This document shows, one piece after another, positions 50,793 to 61,033 of a DNA stretch of 64,000 bases. The translations under genes and the position numbers were made by a program. The notes below the pieces were generated by a model. The model did not search any database. It was not told where the DNA came from and saw only the letters and a list, made by a program, of their open reading frames with translations. Numbering within the stretch: position 1 is the first letter of the stretch; each line of letters begins with the position of its first letter. This stretch comes from Coniocarpon cinnabarinum (taxonomy: Eukaryota): positions 1 through 64,000 of the forward strand of contig JAVECO010000118.1 in NCBI GenBank assembly GCA_051942205.1, given 5' to 3'.

Positions 50793-52344
50793 CTTGGATA
50801 TGCGTTAACTATTGGGAGGGGGAGAAGATTGAGACGTTTGAGAGCACGAAAAGATACCTTGGCACGTGCAACGGTGATAATGCGAGCTATTTTATGTGGA
50901 GAGTGTCTTTATAATGGAGAATGGTCCGATTGACGGGGCCCAGCGCACCGCAGCATTTATACGATCCATTAATGTACGCGCTGTGACGTCCAGGGGCCCT
51001 AAGCGAGTTAGCAGTGGCTTCAACGTGTCACTGTGCAATCGCAGTGGGAGGGGGTTCTGGAGGATGCGCTTGTCTCGTCACGACACACGGCCACTCCTGC
51101 GGTGCTTAGTCTGGGTCAGGTTGAGCGCATCTCCGGTGTGGGCCTGCACGATGGCTTCTGTGTTGAACAAATGGCACTTGACGATAGGAGCGAAGGTCTC
51201 TCGCCATGCTTGGTAAGGCGGTCCTCGCTCACTCAACGCAACGTAACGCATTTAGGATTGCAACACGAAACAAGCATGACAGCGCTGGTGTCTGTAGGAT
51301 CAGGAGAGTCCAACAAGAACAAGAGACCTGGCTGTTTCAAACTGGAACGGCCCCCCGAGAAAGCCATATCAGATGACTGTGAATAAGATTCTTAATTTGC
51401 TGAGCAACGATTCGCGGGGATCCGAGTATTCCGACCATTTGCCATGTGGTCTTCGCAGCTTCGAATGGCAGCACAGGAAGCATACGGGTGAGGTTCGAGC
51501 CGCTCAAGTGTTCCTTTTCGTACTCTTCTCGGCCGACACGTGGCCTCTCATTGCTAATGGGGCATGCTCCTTGCTAAGAATATTTGCAATCACGAGCGTA
51601 TCCAAGGCTCGAAGTGAATAACGACGAGCTTCATCGTGAACACTTCGAGATTAGTAGAGACCGGCTTGCATGATCCTTACCATCACGTGATTCTAAGGTG
51701 GTGATGAGCTATACTCTTCATGTACTAGTGCAAGTTTCGTGAGGATCTGATATAGCACCAGACGGGACTTCTTATATGCTGTCCAGACAATTCAATACTG
51801 TAATGACAACCGAGAAGCGCAAGCGTTGACTTTCTGCTCTGTTAGATAAGCAGAGGCATCAGTGCCAAGCCCATACACGAACATGCTCCGCTCGTGTCTG
51901 TGACTGGCGGACGCTCGCTAACCACTCTGAAAGAGATGTCGAGAAAGTCAGAGCGCTTGAGCTCAATCTGAGATAGACGAGAGCTTCAAAACTCGCCATT
52001 CTGGTGGTTGAGTAGTTGCTCGCAATGCTGTTTTAAGGGCAGATAGATCATAGATTACAATTGACATTCATATCTGCAGAAGCCAGTTTGTCAAGTCAAG
52101 ATGTCGACGCTGTCAAGGCATAAAAATAGCCACGCTCTGTCCCCGAGTGGACAATGCAGCTTAACAACGAGGCGCAGGGGACGCAATGACAATCAATGCA
52201 GAGAGGAAGATAGGCATGTTGGTCTTGTATGAGGGTGAGAATCGTTTACGAGGTGCTATAGCTATGTCTCTTTGACCAATGCAGATGTGATGACGGCGAC
52301 GCTGTGCATTGCAAGACACCCGGGCCCGAAGAGAAATTTGCCAA

Positions 52345-52545
52345 CTAGCTGAACTTGGTCAGGTCCTCCTTTGCCTCTTGATCTCTCTTCTTCTTCTCCT
52401 CTTCTTTAGATGGGCCCGACTTGGGTGGCTCCGATTTCTTCGAAGACGGATTGTGATCGTTTCCATCATCAACAGTTGTCGTCGCTAAGCCGAAAGCCCT
52501 GGCTATTTTATGGCCTTTGCTTTCATGATCTTTGTCGCTAGGCAT
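52345..52545 (-). CDS. Small hydrophilic protein, 66 aa
   Basis: MPSDKD...FG...EPPK...EEEKKKRDQEAKEDLTKFS. Start context CAAG-ATG-CC, upstream TATA-like element and a CT-rich leader. Confidence 0.6.
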   Translation of the reverse strand: MPSDKDHESKGHKIARAFGLATTTVDDGNDHNPSSKKSEPPKSGPSKEEEKKKRDQEAKEDLTKFS

Positions 52546-54721
52546 CTTGTGATTGACCGATTTGGGTTATATTGGTGGCTGAGAGGAGCTCCTGAGCTTG
52601 CAGGGATCAGGGCAGAAAGGGGTGCAGAGGTAGAGAGCGGGATGTGATTTCTGTGAGTACGAGAGATTGTATGATGAGGAAGAAAAGAAAATTAGCATAC
52701 AAGAACCAGTGCCGACAGCAATATATAATATTTCAGGAGATGAGAGGCTGCTAATGTTACGTGTCCAGCAAGGGTGACCAGAACGTGTCATCAGGGCCTA
52801 AAGAACAACGTGTTCCTAAGTGTCGACGTCAGATGCGTCTCGATTCGCGACGATGGTGATATTATCCTGAACTACACTCAGTCCATATTCACAACAAGTC
52901 GAGATGGGCTTTTCGCGCTGTGAATAGCTGTCACTCGTATATCGCCGGATAAGATCGATCGGTCTACTCCATCCCTCTTGGACTGCCACTCTGAGGTCAT
53001 GTAGCGACGAAGCAGCCGCCCGGTTCACTCTGTCAGTCTCGACTCAATGCGAACCGGTCCAAGTTTCAGGTCCTCGCGCAAATGCCTGCATAGGTGACCC
53101 TAGCAATAGATCAAGGTCATTCTGCGAGGTGAGCCGAAGTGTCTTGTTAGAAGAACGATATCTTGCATGACGTATATGCATGTGAAGATCATGGCTTCTG
53201 AGACAAAAAGGAGTGATAGAGAGAGGAAAATGTCATAGGTTGGGCTGAAGCTGATCTGCTGCTCCGTACTGAACACCCTCCACGTGCTCCCACAGCCCGT
53301 GGAGGCAAGGGATGGCTGTGTCACTCAAGCCAGTCTGCTTCAGCGCGAGCTTGGCAGCACTCATGAGAATTCGATCGAGAAACGAGAAGTATGTAAAAAA
53401 AGTAAGTCGCCACGCGTGTTAGTCTCACGGAATAGAGCGGTCCCAGAGTCTAGGCCGCAAGTGACTGGCGCCATACACGTTACTGCTATGTGAGATGTAG
53501 AGGCGGATCGCGGTCAGCTCGATTGCTACGAAGGGCATATGTACAAGCAGATGAATCATTATTTCAACGCGTGTCCGTTTCGTGCTCAGTCGTAATGACC
53601 CATGTCTTTTACCCTGGTTCTGCCAAGCTTTATAACGGCTAGTCTGTTTGTGGATTAGCGCCTTGTACATAATTTGGTTCAATGGCTGGCGTCGACAGCT
53701 GATTTATTATTCTCCAACAGCCATCGTTCAAACTCTTCAATTTCCTTGGTTGACTCACATGCAAAATTGGCACATCAGCTCGTGATGCCTCTCAATTGTC
53801 CTGTTCCCGCTGCCGCTTGGGACGCTCTATCTGGATATGAGGAGAGTGGGTTAGTGTTACAGGACCCGATCGCGGGTGAATCTCTTAAGAAGTAGCACTA
53901 CTGCGCGCGCAAAGAAATTGGGAAACTTACTTGTCAACTTTTCATTGGATGAGGTCGTCAAGCCTAGATCAATGCCGCAAGGCGCGATACAGTCGTCTTT
54001 CCATGCGGCTTTTTAAAGTGTAATGTCACGCGCTATTTTCTTTCTGAGTCCAACTGTTATTAGACATCGATAAGGAGCCGGTGCTGATTCACCTTATTCG
54101 TCTCGTAGCAAGGGTTGAATGTCAGCGAGAGACTCAGAAAGAATATCGGAGCACGCACGTAGAAAGGGACTTCTGCGAGAGTAATCATGCACACATCATT
54201 CTTTCAGTTTGTGTCGTCTGGGCCGAGTTTCCACCACTTGGCCTACTGAATTGTTCACTTGTTACATCAGCAAGACAAAGACCAGGGTATAAGACGAGCT
54301 ATGTGCTTGTGCAAAGTTTCAAGCGAATTTGTACGATAGTGTGGTCGTACTCAGAGACATCAATGTCGTCATTTGAAATGCATGAAGGCTAAGCTGGACA
54401 AGCTAAGCGATACACGAGATACAAATTTGCGTAGAGCGTCGTGAATCTTCCATCTCGCGCTTGCGAAGAACAGAATAGGCTAGCATGCGCCTAGATGGGA
54501 GTGCGTATCATGATTCCATCAGATATGAGAATGTGCGCAGCTTCATCGCCGTCAAGTAACCCCATTCGCTCTTGGTCATCCTCCGGCGTAGAAGTAGGAA
54601 CGACAAGGCTTGCAAGCGTCATAAGTGCATACTGACCTGTCATTATAAGAAAGGAACGCCGTATCTCTTGCTTCTTCAACTTACTACGGTAACCTTGCAA
54701 GTGGGCACACAAGCAAGTCAA

Positions 54722-55021
54722 TCATTGACCTGGGGCATCGGGATGCGGTGTAGGTGGGCGCGGCGGCTGCGGTGACGGCGATCTTGGCTTGCCTGGGGGT
54801 GGTTCAATATTCACCATGTTACCGTCGTCGGGGTAAGGTGGACGCGGTGTAGGTGGTCTCGGAGGATTGTCTGGCGGGCCTGGCGACGGTGGTGGTCTCG
54901 GCGGGTCTGGGAACTGGTCCACCAAGATACCTTCAAGAATTTCTCTGTCGAGACTGAGAGCGTGAATCAATCCATCGAAGCCATCACGAGTGGCGTAATT
55001 GGTAGAGGGATGTGCCATCAT
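54722..55021 (-). CDS. Small proline-rich repeat protein, 99 aa
   Basis: Acidic leader followed by repeated PPRPP(P/T)(S/P) units. Pro codons are mixed, so this is not a simple DNA repeat. Confidence 0.55.
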   Translation of the reverse strand: MMAHPSTNYATRDGFDGLIHALSLDREILEGILVDQFPDPPRPPPSPGPPDNPPRPPTPRPPYPDDGNMVNIEPPPGKPRSPSPQPPRPPTPHPDAPGQ

Positions 55022-56007
55022 AAAGTACGCGAAGGTACGGATCCTCAGTGCTCTACCTGATTGAGATACATTCGAGGTAGAGTTTGCTGTAGAAGTGAAC
55101 TGTGCATCCCAGGAAAGTGGAAGCCAGCATAGGTGCGAAGGCACACTTATAGCTTGTATGGCAACGAAAGGCATATGGTTTGCATGACGCTGAAAAGTTG
55201 GAAATGGGTTGGACGCCTGCTTCAAACGCAGACATGCAGGAAGGTAAGCAGGCAGTGTCCTCGACATCCAATTAACGGCGAGTTTGCAGCGCATGTGATA
55301 GCTTTGGGCCTCCTAAAACTTGTGTTAAGCCTGCGTAACACGTACTCACTTGGCTAAGCGATGTATGCCAAAAGGCTGCAAAGGCTGAGAATGGGCGGGT
55401 TGTCTTCGCAAACGTGCAATTCCACCTTAATGACTGAGCTGCGGCAGGTTGGCCGCACCTTGACCGGCTGAGTGTCCTGGGAATGTGCTCTTCCAACTCC
55501 CAAGTTCCGCATGTTTGCCGATTAGCAAACGCCAGACGTTCGTGCAAGCGCAGCGCGAACTGCGGACCGAGCCTTCAAGAGCCTGCTTGTACGTCCTAAG
55601 CTGATTGCTGCTCAATCATGTGAATAGGTCCAGTCTCAAGAGCATATACCATAATTTCGACATTTGAACTTTTGCACAGTATATATCAACGTAAGACACA
55701 GTGGAGAGCATCATCAATCAGCAGGAAAGGCTAATGACTCAAAAGATCGTGTTTTGCGTAATGTGTGAACGCGTTTCACATACATTCGACGTTTGTGACT
55801 ATGAAGATGACATTCCACGCCGAGGCGTCAATGAAATTATTGATCTCAGTCAATCGAGGTTGCGTGTGAGTGCGACGGTGGCATCAATAAGTCTATGAGA
55901 CTCGATGGCGCAGTGCCAGCAGCTGATTGAATAGGTTTGTTGAGTGGTTGACCTCCAGCATCTGCTTTGCTGGTGAACGCATGTCCACAGTACGACCGTG
56001 GCTATTT

Positions 56008-56331
56008 TCAGTGTCCATGGCCGCTGGACACCTGAAATACTTCTAGCGAATCGGCCTAACAAGCTCAGTCCGCGAATGGAAAAGTAGTAGCTGGTTCGTG
56101 CGGACATACCTTGGAGGCACTGCGGGACAGTGATTCAGAAGAGGAAGGTGGGGATGGATATGGTGGCGGACGTCCTGGTCTCGGAGCGCCAGGCGTATGT
56201 GGTGGCGTTGGGAGTGGATCTGGTGAGGGCTCAAATGGCTGAATAGGGAAATCGGGCAAGGCGCAGCTGTTAAGCGAGCATCCTGTCAACTTGAGGTCTA
56301 CGTCCATAACTTCCGGAGCGGCGGAATTCAT
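56008..56331 (-). CDS. Small proline-rich protein, 89 aa; intron 56109-56056
   Basis: PLPTPPHTPGAPRPGRPPPYPSPP. The phase-0 intron GTATGT...CTGAG...TAG gives the end SASKADSLEVFQVSSGHGH. Confidence 0.55.
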
Positions 56332-57211
56332 GACTGGTATTTGAACTCTGCAACTGCAGCGAGTTCCTTAGAGACTGATCATCTGCGAGGTACTTGCATT
56401 GCGTAGATGTGCTCGTTTAGCTGCGGAGACAGTTTGGTAAGATAGGATTTTCAGAGTCCAGACCTCCTGATATGGAATCAGCCTTCAAACTGGGAGTATC
56501 ATAGGAAGTGCAAATATTTTGTAAAATGTCTGACGGCGTCATGTCCAACGCAGTCGCAAGCTTCGTCATGCAAACTGCAATCCATTGCAGCAAACCTGGC
56601 CACCTTTGATCCTGGTGGAAACGACAGCATGGAATCATCATCATCAAAGGCGAATGACGCAATGACAGGCCTCACACGAAGCATGAGCAGCGTTGTGCAA
56701 ACCTTTCTGTGCACGGCGGTAGTGGCAAAATATTGCCATTCACTTATAATGTCAACGACAGGGCGGAGCCAAACGCTGTTCGGCGGCTCGGCATGAGCCC
56801 CAAACTTTCAGAGATCCTCCCATTGCGCAAATTCTGTGAATGAACAATCCTCCTAAGTTGGTCGAAGTGAAGTCTCCGAGACTGACATCAGAACTGCTCG
56901 TTCCAAGTTATGGAATTGAATTTCAAAGCTGCGTGTCAGCGAAACGCTCGGATAAGCTTGGCCGGACGGGCACCTGCTCCAGGCGTGAGTGGCGCAATCA
57001 TCATAGCTCGTTCGCAAGAGGCTCAAACAAGCGTCACGAGTTGGTCATCTCAATGTGGTATTGTTTGCAGGGCGACCGGAGAACGAACATACATGCATAT
57101 TAGCAGATCGATCATCAACTTCCTGATACAGGAGTCGGGGTAGTCTTGTGAGTCACGTGCTCTTGCCTCTGCTTGCGCACGTGGCAACTCGTACCATTTC
57201 ACTATCCGTTC

Positions 57212-58265
57212 ATGGCAACCATTACAGACGATCCAGCTTCGCTGTTTCAACCCGCAAGTCGGCAAGCTCAGAACACAAGTAGTATCATCGTTGTGCTTAA
57301 TCAGCCTATACTTTGCAAGGAAGCCTTCCGACGATGCTACGGTCGCGCTCAATGGCGATTGTATGCGGATGGTGGGGCCAACCGTGTTCGAGACATAGAA
57401 GATATCGAGCACAATGAGTTCTTTGTGGGTCTCTTTACAGCCTCGTAGCGTGACGAGGTGGATATATGTCTAACATAGGCAGCCACCTCATTTAATCCTG
57501 GGCGACCTGGATTCGCTGAGAGTCTCTACACGCATGCACTACCAGCAGTCTTCCAATCACTCGGTCCTTGTGTGTCGTGACGAAGACCAGTATAGCACCG
57601 ACTTCGGAAAAGCGGTCAGGGCAGTGCGCGCTTTGCGACGTGACTTCTCAGCGCCGTCAGCGCTCGCGGACCATGCTCTTCAAAAGATACCAGAGTGTGA
57701 AAGCTCGATAGTCAACGTCCGAGAAGCGCTGCCTGGGTTTGACGATGTCAATGCGGCATGCAGCAACCAGGACGGGGTCTGCAACGTGATCATCTTTGGA
57801 GGTCTCGGTGGACGGGTTGATCAGGGAATAGGCCTCCTTGCAGAGCTTGCACGGGAGAACGCAGCCAACCAAGACTCGTTGCACTTCTGGTTAGTGAGCG
57901 AGAGAAGTATGAGCTGGGTTGTGAATCCTAGCGCAAGCCTCTCGAAGCCGCTGGAAGCAAGCTACTCCAATAGCAAGCGCCAGACGAGACATGTCATTCA
58001 ATTGACACCCGCAGACGTGAAGCATGACATGCATGCTCAACTATTCTCGCGCAACGTGGGCATTTTGCCAATCTTTGGTCCCGCGCACATCAGCACCCAA
58101 GGGCTGGAGTGGGATGTGGAAGATTGGGAGACGAGCATGACAGGGCAAATCAGCACTAGTAACCATGTGGTCAGCAAAAAGGGCATCGTCGAGCTGACGA
58201 CGACTGCAAAGGTGCTGTTCACGGTGGAGCTGGGCCCGTCACTGCTGCAGCAAGAGCCGACGTAG
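57212..58265 (+). CDS. THI80: Thiamine pyrophosphokinase; intron 57425-57482
   Basis: VVLNQP, YADGGANR, ILGDLDS, DQYSTDFGKA, GGLGGRVDQG, TQGLEWDV and STSNH. Confidence 0.95.
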
Positions 58266-58715
58266 ATCGTGCAGTGAGCAGTGAGTCCGGGACGAAAATA
58301 GGATCACATCGTAGGAAGCGGAGCCTCAAACGGTCGTGCCTGCACATGACAAGGACCATCCAGGTACTCTTTGCTCGACAGGGTCAAGATCGCCATGCAC
58401 TACTTTGAGTGTGCTCTTTCTTGATCAAGTCTGCCTATTTGAATTAATCTGGCTTTCGACCCAACAGCCGCTCTCGTTGCCTCGTGTGTTCGTGTGCTGT
58501 CGACCTGCTCCGACAAAAAGGCGATCGAAGATGGCCGCCGCAATGGTGACGTCAGGTAGACAAGGGTTCTGGCATGTGCAACTGCCGAGTGCTTGCCCCG
58601 TCCCGACTTCAAAATTCAGTGATGCTGCAATATTTCTTAAGGGATCACAGCAGTTGACATTCATATCCACCAGAATTGATCGTGTTTCACTGACCCTCAT
58701 TGAGGAATTGCAATC

Positions 58716-60065
58716 ATGGCTCTCGCGCAAGCTGCCTCGGTCGCAGAGAAGGTCATCGGTCATGGCGACAATGCTGTCGTAACGCAGGACGTATCAAACC
58801 CTGCTCGGAATCGGGAGAAGTATGGACACCCCACAGAGAAGATGAAGGCTCTCACTTGGGGTGGCAAGAACACTGTCAACGTCGTGGAAGTCCCTAAACC
58901 TAAAGTCGTTGACCCGCGCGATGTTATCGTCAAGGTCACTGGCTCCACAGTTTGTGGGTCAGACCTTCATCTGCTCCATGGCGCCATCGTCGAGATGGAG
59001 AAAGGCGACATCCTCGGACATGAGTTTTGCGGTGTTGTCGAAGAGCTTGGCCCTGAGGCTCAGGGCAGAGGTTTGAAGGTGGGCGACCGCACGGTAGCCA
59101 GTTTCCAGATCGCGTGTGGGTCTTGCATGTACTGTCAAAGGAAACAGAGCAGCCAGTGCGAAAAGACGAATTCCAACACGTTGGAGAACGGCATGTACGG
59201 GGGACGAACCGCTGGCATGTTTGGATATGCACACTTTACGGGCGGTTTCGCAGGAGGCCAGGCTGAGTTTGTCCGCGTGCCGTTTGGCGATGTCAACCTC
59301 TTGAAGCTCCCAGATGACGTCCCAGATGAGAAGGGTCTGTATCTGTCTGATGTGCTTGCAACGAGTTGGAATTGCGTCGTTGACACCGGAGTAAACCAGG
59401 GTGACGTGGTTGCTATCTGGGGCGCTGGACCTATTGGTCAGATGGCAGTGGACTTTGCATGGATCAATGGAGCCAGTCGCGTCATTCTCATTGACCAAAA
59501 TTGGCGTCTTGATTTCGTGAAGTCGAAGAGTCCCAAGGTCGAAACAATTGACTTCACGAGCTTGCCAAAGGGAACGACAGTGGTGACAAAGCTAAAAGAG
59601 ATGGTGCACGGTGGACCCGATGTCGCTCTTGAGTGCGTGGCTGGCGAGTACCCAAAGAGCTGGACTCACTACTTTGAGCTCCAACTTGGCCTCGAGACTG
59701 ACACGTCGGAAATCATCAATGAGTGTATAACCAGCGTCAAGTCATTTGGCCGCGTTGGCATCACCGGTATCTACGCTGGATACACGAACCATTTCGCAAT
59801 CGGAGCCGTCATGGAGCGTGGCATTCGCTTCATTGGCAATGGCCAAGCACCCGTACATATGTACTGGGAGAAACTGCTCAAGATGATCCAGACCAAGGAG
59901 ATTGAACCTCTAAGGATGATTAGTCATCGAGTAAGACTTGAAGACCTCGAAACGGTCTACAGCAAGTTTGAGAAACGTGAGGATGGCATGCAAAAGGTAT
60001 ATGTGCAAACCAAGTACAGCTTGCCTCCATGCGAGGGGTGCCCCAAGTTGACCGAGTACTCATGA
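58716..60065 (+). CDS. Zn-dependent medium-chain dehydrogenase (FDH-like / YbdR-like)
   Basis: CGSDLH, GHEFCG, structural Zn CGSCMYC...C, YLSDVLATSW and GAGPIG. Confidence 0.92.
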   Translation: MALAQAASVAEKVIGHGDNAVVTQDVSNPARNREKYGHPTEKMKALTWGGKNTVNVVEVPKPKVVDPRDVIVKVTGSTVCGSDLHLLHGAIVEMEKGDILGHEFCGVVEELGPEAQGRGLKVGDRTVASFQIACGSCMYCQRKQSSQCEKTNSNTLENGMYGGRTAGMFGYAHFTGGFAGGQAEFVRVPFGDVNLLKLPDDVPDEKGLYLSDVLATSWNCVVDTGVNQGDVVAIWGAGPIGQMAVDFAWINGASRVILIDQNWRLDFVKSKSPKVETIDFTSLPKGTTVVTKLKEMVHGGPDVALECVAGEYPKSWTHYFELQLGLETDTSEIINECITSVKSFGRVGITGIYAGYTNHFAIGAVMERGIRFIGNGQAPVHMYWEKLLKMIQTKEIEPLRMISHRVRLEDLETVYSKFEKREDGMQKVYVQTKYSLPPCEGCPKLTEYS

Positions 60066-60166
60066 ATTGATGCACATCGCCGGAGGTCAGTTTGTAGATG
60101 CTGTATAGTCACAGATCGCGCGACGACTTTGTTGAAGCGATAGAGAATACAGCAAGACGTTTATTC

Positions 60167-61033
60167 TTAGGCCTTCTTCCTGCCTCTTTTGCTTTTTTTG
60201 TTTGCTTCTTTCACTGAACCGCGCGTAGCTCGACCCGGCTTCTCAACCTCAATTTGAGCTTGGCTAGTGTCCTCCTGTGCTTCATTGCGATCGTCGTCAT
60301 CGCCTACAGTGGAAGTGGTTGCAGTAGTGGTGCGACTCCCACGTCGTCCCGGTTGTGTACTCTGTCTGAGACTATTCCTCGTGCTCTTCGGCGCAGTGCG
60401 TCCACGCCCCCCTCGCACGGAGGCTGTCTCACTGATGGAGCGCTCGTCTAACGGTGGCGAGCTTGCAGGTTCTGAGGCTGGCTTCAGTCTCCTCGCAAAC
60501 ATCCTCTCTGCAAAGTCTTCAGCCTGGTCCGCATTCAGAGAATCGGTCCGGGCAGCATCAAGCTCGAAGTCGCGCTCGAACTGCCAGTCAATACGTCGAC
60601 TTGCCGATGTGTCTCGCTCATTCGATCCCTCACTGGCTTCTCTTGATCCACTGCCCGCTCGATAATGCTCTTCACGCTCATCCAACGTCTCAAGATCGTA
60701 CAGACCCTGAAGCTTCTGCCAGATCCGCTGCGGAAGCATGTGCTCAATTGGCGCCAACACACCATTCGTGGATGGCTGCGTATGTGTCAAACCTTGGGAC
60801 TGAAGCGAGTTGTAAATGCTGAGCATATTGAAGTGCTTGTGGAGTCCAGTTGGTTTATGATGTATTAAAAGTTTCAATAGCGCGGTTTCTTGCGCTGGAG
60901 TCCACGGATTCTTTTGGACTGGGGTCTCGCCATCCTCAAAAGATGCTGGCGCAGCTTTCGGGGTCGAAGCCGGGGGAGAGCTAGCAGCGGTAGTAGTAGG
61001 AGAGGTGCGCGCACGTTTTTTGGCAGGAGCCAT
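60167..61033 (-). CDS. EAF7: NuA4 complex subunit Eaf7 (CT20/MRGBP family)
   Basis: WTPAQETALLK...KPTGLHKHFNMLSI...IWQKLQGLYDLETLDERE...DFEL with a basic tail. Confidence 0.9.
   Translation of the reverse strand: MAPAKKRARTSPTTTAASSPPASTPKAAPASFEDGETPVQKNPWTPAQETALLKLLIHHKPTGLHKHFNMLSIYNSLQSQGLTHTQPSTNGVLAPIEHMLPQRIWQKLQGLYDLETLDEREEHYRAGSGSREASEGSNERDTSASRRIDWQFERDFELDAARTDSLNADQAEDFAERMFARRLKPASEPASSPPLDERSISETASVRGGRGRTAPKSTRNSLRQSTQPGRRGSRTTTATTSTVGDDDDRNEAQEDTSQAQIEVEKPGRATRGSVKEANKKSKRGRKKA

Noticed and set aside
50493..50933. Plus-strand 146-aa 'membrane protein' ORF
   Set aside because: It has a non-ATG start, and its Leu/Phe runs are the antisense of the Lys/Glu codons of the minus-strand micro-ORF.
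57000..57500. Possible TPP riboswitch near THI80
   Set aside because: No CUGAGA or other aptamer core motifs were seen upstream or in the 58-nt intron.
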